From Acidobacteriota bacterium (lineage in GTDB: Bacteria; Acidobacteriota; UBA6911; RPQK01; JAJDTT01), in contig CBDCJH010000002.1 in NCBI GenBank assembly GCA_965217775.1, positions 1,312,001 through 1,376,000 on the forward strand: a DNA stretch of 64,000 nt, given 5' to 3'. Below are positions 1 through 9,741 of this stretch, in pieces; within the stretch, counting starts at the first letter, position 1; the number at the start of each line of letters is the position of its first letter. The notes beneath the pieces are model-generated. The model was not told the origin of the DNA and made no database searches. It saw only the letters and a list, made by a program, of their open reading frames with translations. The position numbers and the translations under genes were made by a program.

Positions 1-804
1 ACGCCTCTCCTGTCCGTAGCGGAAGAGCAGGGGATGCCGGCACCAGTCCAGCTCGATGCCCTCCAGGTCGTAGCGGCGGCAGGCTTCCCGGACCACGCCG
101 AGGAAATGGTCTCTTACCTCCGGGAGGGCGTAGTCGTACGCGGGCCAGGAGAAGGAGATGGGTCCGAGGGAACTGTTGCGAAAGCGGTCGATGGTGCGCT
201 TCCCGCCGTTGCCCCAGTACTCCAAGAGGGCATCATGCGGGTGGTCCGGGGACTCCCCCTTGATCCAGGGCAGGAATGTCTCCTGAAACCGCTTGGGGCT
301 GATGCGGGACTGGAGGAGATGAGGGTTCTCCAGCTTGAGGGGCGTCCAATACTGGATTCCCGAGTAGACGGCGCAGTGGACATCGTTCATGCGGATGGAG
401 AAGAAGAACTCCATGCCGTTGTCGTGAGCGAATTTCACGGCGGGCTGGACCGGGTCAGGTCCCAGAGCCGGAATGTTCTTCCGTGGGACCTCCCAGTGGG
501 GAACCGTGGCGAGGCCGCAGTGGGACAGGCCGTCGACGTGGGTTCCCTTCAGATCGTTCAAGCGCAGGGCCAGGTACTGATCGACGGTATCGAACCGCTT
601 GGGCCAGTGAGGCCGCCGGCCCAGTTCCTGCGCCACCCCCGCCAGGTCGTCGCCGTCGTTGTTCCAGATGACGCGTTTTTTGCGGCTGCTCTGGTCGGGT
701 CGTTCCGGCCCCGGCGAGCAGGCGGAGCCGGTGAGGGCGGGGAGCAGCGTGGTGGCGGTGGCGGCGGCCGCCGTGTTCTTGAGAAATCGTCTTCGGTCCT
801 GCAT
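1..804 (-). CDS. Tat-exported glycoside-hydrolase-like TIM-barrel protein (GHL10-like), runs off the window start
   Basis: Manual translation from ATG 804 gives MQDRRRFLKNTAAAATATTLL (twin-Arg signal), then VIWNNDGDD, FFSIRMNDVH, DYALPEVRDHF and YDLEGIELDWCRHP. No stop before position 1. Confidence 0.65.
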   Translation of the reverse strand, partial: MQDRRRFLKNTAAAATATTLLPALTGSACSPGPERPDQSSRKKRVIWNNDGDDLAGVAQELGRRPHWPKRFDTVDQYLALRLNDLKGTHVDGLSHCGLATVPHWEVPRKNIPALGPDPVQPAVKFAHDNGMEFFFSIRMNDVHCAVYSGIQYWTPLKLENPHLLQSRISPKRFQETFLPWIKGESPDHPHDALLEYWGNGGKRTIDRFRNSSLGPISFSWPAYDYALPEVRDHFLGVVREACRRYDLEGIELDWCRHPLLFRYGQERR

Positions 805-933
805 AGTTCCTCCCAGTTTGGAGGGGCGACTTTTTTGTCGCCCAGTCCGCTTGGCGCCTGTTCCCGCTGCTCTACTGCCCTATTGGCATCTTGGGAGTTC
901 GGCGGCAAGAAAGCCGCCGCTCCTGCCGGAGAA

Positions 934-2328
934 TCACTCGCCGATGCAGTAGAGGGTGTCCTGGCTGCGGAGGAAGAGCTGGTTGTCCACGACCACCGGC
1001 GACGAGATGAAGAAGTGGTCCGGCATGGAGTTGACCGCCACCACCTCGTATTGCTCGCCCATTTTGAGAACGATGACGTCACCCTGCTCGCTGGCCAGGT
1101 AGAGCCGGCCGTCAGATCCCAGCGGGGAGGCCTTGAACTGGTAGGGATTGGGCAGGCGTTGCTGCTGGTAGAAGGGTTTTCCGGTTCCGGCGTCGAAGCA
1201 GCTGATCAGTCCCCGGTCGGTCAGAACGTAGAGCTTCCCATCGGCATAGACGGGGGAGGCGGTATAGGCGTTGCCCCGCTGATTGGTCCAGAGGACCGCG
1301 TCCGTGTCGGTCAGATCTCCCTTCCGGTCCAGACGAATGGCCAGCATGTTCGGGCTGCGGTGCCCCGTCATCACGATCACGGTATCCTGGTGACGGACCG
1401 GCAGGGGAACGGGGTTGGTCCCCAGCCCGGCGCATTCCCAGATCAGGTCGCCGTTGGCGAGGTCGTAGCTGCGGACCTTGTTGTCTCCGGTGACGATGAC
1501 CTGGGTCGTACCCGCGTACTCCGTGATCAGCGGTGTGGTCCAGGTGCTCCGTTCGTCCCGGTCCCGGCGCCACAGTTCCGTCCCCGTATTCTTGTCCAGA
1601 GCCAGAATGAAGGACTGGCCCTCATGGTCGAAGTTGAGGACCAGAGCGTCTCCGTGAAGGACCGGCGCCGTGCCCTCGCCGAAACCGTTGCGCATTTTCA
1701 TTTTAACGCCGAAGTTCTTTTTCCAGGCCAGCTTCCCGCCCAGTTCGTAGACGTAGAGGCCCCGGGAACCGAAGAAGGTGTAGAGGTAACGGCCGTCGGT
1801 GACCGCCGAGTTGGAGGCGAAGCTGCCGTAACGCCGGTGGTACCCCTCGTGGGGCGTCTCCACGACGGCAGTATTGCGCCACAGGGTCTTGCCGGTTTTC
1901 TTGTCCAGGCACAGGACCTCGAACTTGTGCTCGACCTGAGCCATGGGCATCCGCCGGCGGCGTTCCCCTCGGCGACGCCGACGTTCCCGGCCGGGCCGAT
2001 CCTGACCTCGCTCTGCCCGTGGACGCCGAGGGGGCCTCGTGAATTCACGTCTGCGAGGCTCCGGCATTGGAGCCGCCGGGATCGCGGTGGTGAGGTAGAT
2101 CCTGTCTTCCCAGATGATGGGAGTGGAATGGCCCTTTCCGGGGATGGGAGTCTTCCACTTGACGTTTTCCGTCGTGCTCCATCGGACCGGCGCTCCGGTG
2201 CGGGCCATACCCGTGTTGTCAGGACCGCGCCAGTTGGGCCATTGCCCATCGAAGTCTGCCGGCGGCGAAGGTGCGGCGGCCAGCGTCAGTCCCAGGATGC
2301 CGGGACCGAACAAGAATGATCTTTTCAT
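934..2328 (-). CDS. PQQ-like/BamB-type beta-propeller repeat protein, secreted
   Basis: Signal peptide; WPNWRGP, VKWKTPIPGKGHSTPI, ASPV and SSPVVV repeats; Arg-rich insert. Confidence 0.85.
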   Translation of the reverse strand: MKRSFLFGPGILGLTLAAAPSPPADFDGQWPNWRGPDNTGMARTGAPVRWSTTENVKWKTPIPGKGHSTPIIWEDRIYLTTAIPAAPMPEPRRREFTRPPRRPRAERGQDRPGRERRRRRGERRRRMPMAQVEHKFEVLCLDKKTGKTLWRNTAVVETPHEGYHRRYGSFASNSAVTDGRYLYTFFGSRGLYVYELGGKLAWKKNFGVKMKMRNGFGEGTAPVLHGDALVLNFDHEGQSFILALDKNTGTELWRRDRDERSTWTTPLITEYAGTTQVIVTGDNKVRSYDLANGDLIWECAGLGTNPVPLPVRHQDTVIVMTGHRSPNMLAIRLDRKGDLTDTDAVLWTNQRGNAYTASPVYADGKLYVLTDRGLISCFDAGTGKPFYQQQRLPNPYQFKASPLGSDGRLYLASEQGDVIVLKMGEQYEVVAVNSMPDHFFISSPVVVDNQLFLRSQDTLYCIGE

Positions 2329-2520
2329 GGGTTTTCCCTCCCAGCGTCGTCGGGCTTGGTACCGGTTCCAAGAGACGGCGGGTGTGTTGGCGACAATAGC
2401 AGTCCCGGGTGAAAGTCGCCACGCCGGACCCGCGGACTTGGCGACCTGCCGAATCCGGGCTGCTACAATAGCGGGCTGCGATTACAGCGACTAGAGGAGT
2501 GAAACCGAGGAGAATCCGAT

Positions 2521-3957
2521 ATGAACCAGATCTGCACCCTGTTCGCCGTCATGGCTCTCTCTCTGGCGACTGCCATCGCCGGTGTCATCGACATCGGCTC
2601 GCGGCGGGAACTGTTCGTGGACCGGCATATGGTCGGGGAGATCACGGGCGATGCCCGCCTTCAACAGCATCGGCCCGAGCCTCAGGAAGTGGTCCTGGTG
2701 ACGGGCGAGCCCTGGGAAGGCAACACCAGCGCCTATTACACCATCTTCCAGGACGGCGACCTCTACCGCATGTACTACCGGGGGTCGAACTGGGATGTAG
2801 CGGCCAAGAAAGCCACCCATCCGGAGGTGACTTGTTACGCCGAGAGCCGGGACGGGATCAATTGGACCAAGCCCGATCTGGGGGTCGTGGAGTACGAGGG
2901 ATCGAAGCAGAACAACATCATCCTGGACGGGATCGGCACCCATTGTTTCGTCGCCTTCAAGGACGGCAATCCCGACGCGCCCCCGGAGGCGCGGTACAAG
3001 GGGATCTCCCGGGGCCGTCCACTGGGGAAGAAGGGACTTTACGTCTACCAGTCTCCCGACGGCATCCATTGGAAAATGATCCGGAACGAGCCGGTCATCA
3101 CCGAAGGGGCGTTCGATTCCCAGAACCTGGCCTTCTGGGACCCCCAGATCGACAAGTACCGGGAGTATCACCGCATCTTCGTCAACCGGGTGCGCTCAAT
3201 AATGACCGGGACCTCCGATGACTTCGTCAACTGGACCGATCCCGTGCTCCTGAAGTATCCGGGGGCGCCCAACCAGCATCTCTACACCAACGCGATCCGG
3301 GCCTATCACCGCGCCCCCCACATCCTCATCGGATTTCCCACCCGTTACCTGCCCGACGAGGGCCAGCGGGTGGAGCCCATCTTCATGTCCAGCCGGGACG
3401 GGCTCACGTTCCACCGCTGGAACGATCCGGTGATTCCCGAGGACGCCCCCAAGGACCGGGCGGGAAACCGCAGCAACTACATGACCTGGGGTCTGCTGGA
3501 GCTGCCGGGCCGCCCCGGGGAGATGTCGGTCTATGCTTCCGAGGCCTACTACGAAGGGCCGGATACGCGTTTGCGGCGCTTCACCTATCGCGCTGACGGT
3601 TTCGTGTCCGCCAGCGGCGGCCCCGGGGGAGGCGATCTGGTCACCCATCCCCTCAAGTTCTCGGGCAGCCGACTTGAAGTGAATTTCCGGGCCCGCCCCG
3701 GAGGTCAGCTCCGGGTGGAACTGCAGGACCAGGAGGGTCGCCCCATCCCGGGCTATACCCTGGTCGATTGTCCTCCCCTGACCGGCGACTCAACCCGGAT
3801 CCTCGTCAATTGGAAGCAGTGTCCCTGCAGCCAGACGGAAACCCCGAGCGAGGAAGAGACGATTCAGCCTGACGTGGGATCCCTGTCAGGACAGACGATC
3901 CGGGTCCGTTTCCGGTTGGAGAACGCGGACCTCTACTCCTTCCGCTTCAGCGATTGA
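2521..3957 (+). CDS. Secreted glycosidase-like (5-bladed propeller-like) hypothetical protein
   Basis: Signal peptide; RELFVD; Asp-box-like SRDGINW, SPDGIHW and SRDGLTF; C-terminal ADLYSFRF. Confidence 0.65.
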   Translation: MNQICTLFAVMALSLATAIAGVIDIGSRRELFVDRHMVGEITGDARLQQHRPEPQEVVLVTGEPWEGNTSAYYTIFQDGDLYRMYYRGSNWDVAAKKATHPEVTCYAESRDGINWTKPDLGVVEYEGSKQNNIILDGIGTHCFVAFKDGNPDAPPEARYKGISRGRPLGKKGLYVYQSPDGIHWKMIRNEPVITEGAFDSQNLAFWDPQIDKYREYHRIFVNRVRSIMTGTSDDFVNWTDPVLLKYPGAPNQHLYTNAIRAYHRAPHILIGFPTRYLPDEGQRVEPIFMSSRDGLTFHRWNDPVIPEDAPKDRAGNRSNYMTWGLLELPGRPGEMSVYASEAYYEGPDTRLRRFTYRADGFVSASGGPGGGDLVTHPLKFSGSRLEVNFRARPGGQLRVELQDQEGRPIPGYTLVDCPPLTGDSTRILVNWKQCPCSQTETPSEEETIQPDVGSLSGQTIRVRFRLENADLYSFRFSD

Positions 3958-3979
3958 GGGAGCGTGGATGCCAGCGACC

Positions 3980-4004
3980 GTAGGGGCGGCCCTTGTGGCC
4001 GCCC
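3980..4004 (+). repeat. GTAG-type REP palindrome
   Basis: GTAGGGGCGGCCCTTGTGGCCGCCC lies between convergent genes. The same family occurs at 35608, 35663, 62164 and 62207. Confidence 0.75.
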
Positions 4005-4008
4005 TTCG

Positions 4009-4962
4009 TCATTCAGGCCGTCTGGTGTCGCTGTGCAGCAGGTCGACCAACTGCAGGAAAAGCCGATCCCGGCGCGACTGCCGCTCCTCGATTCGTTTGG
4101 GAGTGTAGTCATAGATCCCGCGTCCGCTCTTGACCCCGTAGCGCCCTTCCTTCACCAGGCGGTCCACAGCGGGCGGCAGACTCCGGCTTGACGAGATCTC
4201 CTTCAACAGATGGCCGAAGACGTGTCCGGTAATGTCGAGGCCGGCGAAGTCCGCGATCTCGAAGGGTCCGGCCGCGGCCAATCGGAGTCCTATGCTGGAA
4301 CTGACCGCCAGGTCGACCTGTTCCGGTGTGGCGACGCCCTGTTCGACCAGATCCCAGATCTCGCGGAAGACGGCGGCCTGAATCCGGTTGACCAGGAACC
4401 CGGGGACTTCCTTGTGAAGCCGGATCGCCAGCTTGCCGTTCCGATCCAGCAGGTCCATCGCGCTCCGGACGGTTTCCTCGCTGGTCTCGCGACCGGGGAC
4501 GACTTCCACCAGGGGGATAATGTGCGGGGGGTTGAACCAGTGGGTGACCAGCGTCCGCTGAGGATGCCGGAGGCGCCGGGACATCTCGGTCATGGGAAAG
4601 GTGGAGGTGTTGCTGGCCAGGATCGTCTCTTCCGAGACCAGATCCTCCAGTCGTTTGAAGAGATCCTTCTTGGTAGGAAGATCCTCCCGGACCGCCTCCA
4701 CGACGAAATCGGCTCCCTGGACGGACGGCTCCAGCTCGGAGACGATCTCGATCCGGTCGAGCACCGCGTCCGGATCCAGTCCCGGCGAGAGCCCCAACCG
4801 GGCCTTCTGATCCAGGTTGCCGCGGATCCGGTCCTTCAGGGATTCACGCGCCTGAGCCGCGGAATCGTAGGCCCGGACGCGATGGCCGGTCGAGGCGAAG
4901 ATCTGGGCGATCCCGTGCCCCATGGTCCCCAGTCCCAGTACGGCGATACGTTCCGAAGACAT
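4009..4962 (-). CDS. 3-hydroxyacyl-CoA dehydrogenase family protein
   Basis: GLGTMGHG Rossmann motif, EAVRE, ASNTS, HWFNPP, PGFLVNRI. Confidence 0.92.
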   Translation of the reverse strand: MSSERIAVLGLGTMGHGIAQIFASTGHRVRAYDSAAQARESLKDRIRGNLDQKARLGLSPGLDPDAVLDRIEIVSELEPSVQGADFVVEAVREDLPTKKDLFKRLEDLVSEETILASNTSTFPMTEMSRRLRHPQRTLVTHWFNPPHIIPLVEVVPGRETSEETVRSAMDLLDRNGKLAIRLHKEVPGFLVNRIQAAVFREIWDLVEQGVATPEQVDLAVSSSIGLRLAAAGPFEIADFAGLDITGHVFGHLLKEISSSRSLPPAVDRLVKEGRYGVKSGRGIYDYTPKRIEERQSRRDRLFLQLVDLLHSDTRRPE

Positions 4963-4967
4963 GAGAC

Positions 4968-5954
4968 TCAGTTCGATCCCGCGCTCGAGGAGACCGCCGC
5001 CGGTCCGGTGATCTGAGCGATGATATCCAGGCCGGCCCTCTCGCTCCAGGCATCCATGAGCCGGCGGAAGACGGGCCCGCCGGCCTTGCCGTCGCCGATG
5101 GTCGCTCCGTTGATCCGGTTGACCGGAGCGATGCAGTAAGGCGTGGTCAGCAGCAATGCCTCGTCAGCATTCATCACGTCATAGACTTGGAAATCGCGCT
5201 GTTCGAAAGGAATGCCCAGTTCCGCGCAGAGTTCGGAAACGGTTAACAAACTGACTCCCTGCAGGGTGTTGCGAGCCGAAGGGGCGACGACCGCTCCGTC
5301 CTGCACGATGGCGAAGTTGGAACCGCTGGTCTCGGTCACGTTGCCGTCCAGATCCAGCAGCAGGGTGATTCCCCGGGGATCCACCTGGTGGGTCTCCTGG
5401 TCCGCCAGCCACTGATGCATCCGGCTGCGGTGCTTGATCTTGGAGTCCACGCATTGGGGTGGGTAGTGGCGGATCGATGGGGTGACCACATGAGCCCCTT
5501 CCGTGAAGAGATGGGTGAAGGCCTCGAAGGGAACGGGAAAGGTGTGGATGCAGAGGGTGGGCACCATCTTTTTGGAGGTCCCGGGCAGGGCGGAGTAGGA
5601 GGCGATTTCTCCCGCCGTCATGAAGTGGACCAGCGACAGTTCCCGGTCGGGAGGGAGGAGCTTGGTGTTGTGACGAACCAGTTCCCGGGAAATCTCCTCC
5701 ATCCGGTCCCGATCGAAGGGCGGCCGGATTCGGGTGTACCGGGCCGAGCGATAGAACCGGTCGATGTGATCCTCCAGCCGGAAGGGCCGGTGATGGAAGG
5801 TCCGGGTCATGTCGGTCACGGTGGCTCCCAGGATGATTCCGGCGTCGTAAATGGCGATGGACGCCTGGGAGGCCGGGACCATTCGGTCCTTGAGGAAGAC
5901 CAGCGGTTCCTGGTCGTCCTTGGAGTTGGGAAGCAGGGAAATCTGGGTTGACAT
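4968..5954 (-). CDS. Class IV PLP aminotransferase (D-amino-acid/branched-chain type)
   Basis: FRLEDHIDRF, KIKHRSR (PLP lysine), ETSGSNF, LQGVS, ADEALL. Confidence 0.88.
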   Translation of the reverse strand: MSTQISLLPNSKDDQEPLVFLKDRMVPASQASIAIYDAGIILGATVTDMTRTFHHRPFRLEDHIDRFYRSARYTRIRPPFDRDRMEEISRELVRHNTKLLPPDRELSLVHFMTAGEIASYSALPGTSKKMVPTLCIHTFPVPFEAFTHLFTEGAHVVTPSIRHYPPQCVDSKIKHRSRMHQWLADQETHQVDPRGITLLLDLDGNVTETSGSNFAIVQDGAVVAPSARNTLQGVSLLTVSELCAELGIPFEQRDFQVYDVMNADEALLLTTPYCIAPVNRINGATIGDGKAGGPVFRRLMDAWSERAGLDIIAQITGPAAVSSSAGSN

Positions 5955-5957
5955 GGT

Positions 5958-6947
5958 TCAGAGCTCCGTTCCTACGTGTTGTTCCTGGATCTCCTGAATC
6001 CGGAGGATCGATGCCGGGTCGAACTCCAGGCTGGCCGCCTGCAGGTTGTCCTGCAGCTCGGCGACGTTCATGGCCCCGGGTATGGTGGTCGTGACCTCGT
6101 CCTGCGAGAGGCAGTAGCTCAGAGCGGCCTGAGCCGGGGAGCAACCGAGCCCACGATGGAGGAAATCGAATCGCTCCGACGCCTCCACCAGGGAAAGGTG
6201 TCTCTCCCGGGGCCACGTGGATCGAACGTCCGAGGTCGGGTCGAAGACGGTATTCCGGGTGAATCGGCCGGTCAGGTAGCCGAAGAAGAAGGGCTCGCGG
6301 CAGACGACACCGACGTCCAATTGCCGGAGCCGTGGAAGGATTCGCGCCCGGGCGCTCCAACTCAGCAGATTGAAGCGGAGTTGGACCACCTCCACCTCTT
6401 CGTCTTCGCAAAGCGGCAGGAAGAAGGACTCGCTCTCGGCGTGGGATGCGGGGAACGAGATCCCGTAGGCGCGAATGATCCCCCGCCGCTTGAGCTCCTT
6501 GAGGGCGGCCATGCCCGAAGGCTGGTAGAGACCGGTCTCGGGTGAGTGCAGGACGTAGACGTCGATGTAGTCCGTCCCCAGGCGCTCCAGAGAATCCTCG
6601 TAGTGCGCCATGATGTAGTCGCCCGAGTAGTCGCTGGTATAGCGCTTGTCCTTCAAGAATATCCCCACCTTGGTGGAAACGATGACCTCTTCCCGCCGGT
6701 TTCGGATGACCTGTCCCACCAGCCGTTCGGAATGCCCGTCGCCGTACCAGGGAGCCGTGTCCAGGAAGTTGACTCCCTGATCCAGGGCATGGCGGAGCAT
6801 ACTCAACGATTCGGTGTCGTCCACCTGGCCGTACCCGGAGATGGTCCCGTCCCGCTCCATGGGACCCCCGATCCCCCAGCACCCCAGGCCCACGACCGAG
6901 ACCTCCCTTCCGGTCCTGCCCAGTCGTTTCGTCTTCAGTCGGCTCAT
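5958..6947 (-). CDS. Aldo/keto reductase
   Basis: LGRTGREVSVVGLGCW, FLDTAPWYGDGHSE, STKVG, LGTDYIDVYVLH, TIPG. Start placed at ATG 6947. Confidence 0.92.
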   Translation of the reverse strand: MSRLKTKRLGRTGREVSVVGLGCWGIGGPMERDGTISGYGQVDDTESLSMLRHALDQGVNFLDTAPWYGDGHSERLVGQVIRNRREEVIVSTKVGIFLKDKRYTSDYSGDYIMAHYEDSLERLGTDYIDVYVLHSPETGLYQPSGMAALKELKRRGIIRAYGISFPASHAESESFFLPLCEDEEVEVVQLRFNLLSWSARARILPRLRQLDVGVVCREPFFFGYLTGRFTRNTVFDPTSDVRSTWPRERHLSLVEASERFDFLHRGLGCSPAQAALSYCLSQDEVTTTIPGAMNVAELQDNLQAASLEFDPASILRIQEIQEQHVGTEL

Positions 6948-7122
6948 GAACCGTAAGTGTAGCAGTCCGGAGTGAAAGTCTCGTCTCCTGACGATCGAGC
7001 CTCGAGGGTCCGATCCGGACGCTTCGCCGGAGGCCGAATTGAATCGGTGGACCAGCCCCAATAAAATAAATACAAGCCGTTCGGGCGGTCGGAGCAGCAT
7101 GACTGTCGGCGGAAAGGTCGCG

Positions 7123-8553
7123 ATGATGACCCGCACAAACTTTCCCCTCGGCAGCGCTGAGCGCCCACTCCGCGTTGCCATCGTTGGCTCGGGACCCTCC
7201 GGTTTCTACGCCGCCGACGCTCTTTTCAAACATAAGGGTGTACATCTGCGCATCGACATGTTCGAGCGAATGGCCATGCCTTACGGGTTGGTTCGTTACG
7301 GAGTGGCGCCGGACCACCAAAACATCAAGCGCGTCATCCGCAGCTACGAGAAGACGGCTCGGGACCCGCGTTTCCGTTTCTTCGGCAACGTTCAGGTGGG
7401 ACGTGACCTCCCGGTGGAGAAACTGCACCAGCACTTCGACCAGGTGGTCTACGCTTTCGGTTGCGGTTCGGACCGGGAGTTGGGCATACCCGGAGAGGAC
7501 CTTCCGGGCAGCCACACGGCAACGGCCTTCGTGGCCTGGTACAACGGGCATCCCGATCACTGCAACGACCGGTTCGACCTCTCCGGCCGTCGCGTGGCCG
7601 TGGTGGGTGTCGGCAACGTGGCCATGGACGTGACGCGGATTCTGGTCAAGGACCCGGAGGATCTGGCCTCCACCGACATCGCGCATTACGCTCTGGACGC
7701 CCTGCGCAAGAGCCGGGTCAAAGAGGTTCTGGTCTTGGGACGCCGGGGTCCGGTCCAAGCCAAGTTCACACCCAAGGAGATCCGGGAGATCGGCAGCCTG
7801 CCCGGCGTGGATGTGATGGTCAGACCACACGACCTGGATCTGGACGAGTACTCCGTTTCCGAGATGCGAAAAAAAGGGCCGGCGCGCCGCAACGTACAGT
7901 ACCTGATGGAGCGGGCCCGGCTGGGGTCCCAAGGGGGGTCGCGCCGCGTCCTCTTGCAGTTTCTTGCTTCGCCGGTGGAGATCCTCGCGAGCGGCGGAAG
8001 GGTCGGAGCGGTACGGGTCGAGCGAAATCGTCTTGTGGCCGACGAACATGGCCGGATTCGGTCCGTGGGGACCGGAGTCAGCGAAATAGTGCCCGTGGAT
8101 CTGGTGTTCCGATCCGTGGGCTACCGGGGCGTACCGTTCCCGGGAATCCCGTTCGATGACCGGAAGGGAGTCATACCCAGCGCCCAGGGCCGTGTCCTGG
8201 GCCGGCGCGGGGAATCGAACGGCACGGGAGAGTACGTTGTGGGTTGGATCAAGCGCGGGCCCACCGGGCTCATCGGAACCAACAAGGGAGACTCGGCGGA
8301 AACCGTTCGCAGCATGATGGAGGATATCCGCGGCAGAGAGGCTCAACCGGTTTTCGCAGGTGCGGACGATGGCGTGTCGCGTCTCCTGCTGGACCGGGGA
8401 ATCCGCCCGATTCAATTCTCCGATTGGAATATCATCGACCGGGAAGAGCAGGAGCGGGGCCGGCGGCGAGGCAAGCTGAGGGAGAAGATCACCGATCCGG
8501 CGGACGTGACCTCGTTGTTGGATGGACAGCGTTTCCGCGCTCCAGTAGCTTAG
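7123..8553 (+). CDS. Ferredoxin-NADP+ reductase, adrenodoxin-reductase/FprA type
   Basis: GSGPSG, PYGLVRYGVAPDH, WYNGHP, GVGNVAMD, GWIKRGPTGLIGTNK. Confidence 0.92.
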   Translation: MMTRTNFPLGSAERPLRVAIVGSGPSGFYAADALFKHKGVHLRIDMFERMAMPYGLVRYGVAPDHQNIKRVIRSYEKTARDPRFRFFGNVQVGRDLPVEKLHQHFDQVVYAFGCGSDRELGIPGEDLPGSHTATAFVAWYNGHPDHCNDRFDLSGRRVAVVGVGNVAMDVTRILVKDPEDLASTDIAHYALDALRKSRVKEVLVLGRRGPVQAKFTPKEIREIGSLPGVDVMVRPHDLDLDEYSVSEMRKKGPARRNVQYLMERARLGSQGGSRRVLLQFLASPVEILASGGRVGAVRVERNRLVADEHGRIRSVGTGVSEIVPVDLVFRSVGYRGVPFPGIPFDDRKGVIPSAQGRVLGRRGESNGTGEYVVGWIKRGPTGLIGTNKGDSAETVRSMMEDIRGREAQPVFAGADDGVSRLLLDRGIRPIQFSDWNIIDREEQERGRRRGKLREKITDPADVTSLLDGQRFRAPVA

Positions 8554-8617
8554 CCGGCAGCCGCCAAACGGTATTCTCAACCGATTCGGCTTTCCTGACA
8601 GGAAAGGGGACGACAGC

Positions 8618-9709
8618 ATGGGGTCGATTCGCCGGCGCGAGTTCGGTCAGGTTCTGGCGGCGACAGGGCTGGGGCTGGCGGCCGGGTCGTCGCGTTCCGA
8701 GGCGGCGGTCACGAAGAAACGGCGCATTCCTCTGGGATTCGACAATTATTCGATTCGGGCGTTGGGCTGGAAGGCGCCGCGTCTCATCCGGTACGCCTCC
8801 TCCCTGGGACTGGACTCGTGCCTGCTCTCGGACCTTCACGTCTACGACAGCCACGACGAGTCCTATTTGAAGGAGATTCGGGGTCAGGCGGAGGCGGCCG
8901 GCATCCGGCTCCACGTGGGGACGGGGAGCGTGTGTCCTACCTCTTCGAGCTTCAAAACCGACTTCGGCAGTGCGGAGGAGCATCTGGCGCTCACCATCCG
9001 GATCGCCCGGATTCTGGGCTCGCCGGTGGCCCGTTGTTTTCTGGGATCTCGCCAGGATCGTCTGGGTCCGGATGGGATCGAGCCTCACATGAGGAGCACC
9101 GTCCAGGTCTTTCGGAACCTGAAGAGCCGGGCCGTTGAGGCGGGAGTCCGCATCGCCATCGAGAATCATGCCGGCGATATGCAGGCCCGGGAGACGGTTC
9201 GTGTGATCGAGGAGGCGGGGAGCGACTTCGTGGGAGCGACGGTGGATTCGGGAAACGCCACCTGGAGTCTGGAGGACCCGGTCCGGAATCTGGAGATTCT
9301 GGGTCCCTACGCCGTTTCCAGCGGTATCCGGGATTCCATGGTCTGGGAGGACGAGGCCGGCGCCCGGGTCCAGTGGGCGGCCATGGGGGACGGTTGCGTC
9401 GACCTGGAGACCTACATGGACCGATTTGCCCAACTCTGCCCCGGCGTCCCCATCCAGTTGGAAACCATCTCCGGGGTGCAGAGATCCGTTCCCTATCTGA
9501 AGGAAGACTTCTGGAATCCTTACCCGGCCGCCCTGGCCCAGGATTTTGCCGCGTTCGTGGCCCTGGCCAAGCGAGGCATGCCATTGAAGCCTTTTGCGGT
9601 TACGGAGGGCGTCGACCCCGCGGACGCGGCTGCCTCGTACCAGAAGGCGGAGTTGGAGCGCAGTGTCCGCTATTGCAAGGAGGTGCTGGGGCTGGGCTTG
9701 AAGTCGTAG
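8618..9709 (+). CDS. Tat-exported sugar phosphate isomerase/epimerase (xylose-isomerase-like TIM barrel)
   Basis: RRREF signal, AIENHAGD, VDSGN, GDGCVD, QLETI. Confidence 0.85.
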   Translation: MGSIRRREFGQVLAATGLGLAAGSSRSEAAVTKKRRIPLGFDNYSIRALGWKAPRLIRYASSLGLDSCLLSDLHVYDSHDESYLKEIRGQAEAAGIRLHVGTGSVCPTSSSFKTDFGSAEEHLALTIRIARILGSPVARCFLGSRQDRLGPDGIEPHMRSTVQVFRNLKSRAVEAGVRIAIENHAGDMQARETVRVIEEAGSDFVGATVDSGNATWSLEDPVRNLEILGPYAVSSGIRDSMVWEDEAGARVQWAAMGDGCVDLETYMDRFAQLCPGVPIQLETISGVQRSVPYLKEDFWNPYPAALAQDFAAFVALAKRGMPLKPFAVTEGVDPADAAASYQKAELERSVRYCKEVLGLGLKS

Positions 9710-9741
9710 CCACGGACCGACGAGGAGGTGTGAACCGAATA

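Noticed and set aside
34-2319. 761-aa plus-strand ORF and similar long ORFs (5179-8619, 12107-13579, 28568-30421, 51315-53246)
   Set aside because: They are antisense or off-frame shadows of clearly recognisable genes in high-GC DNA and carry no motifs of their own.
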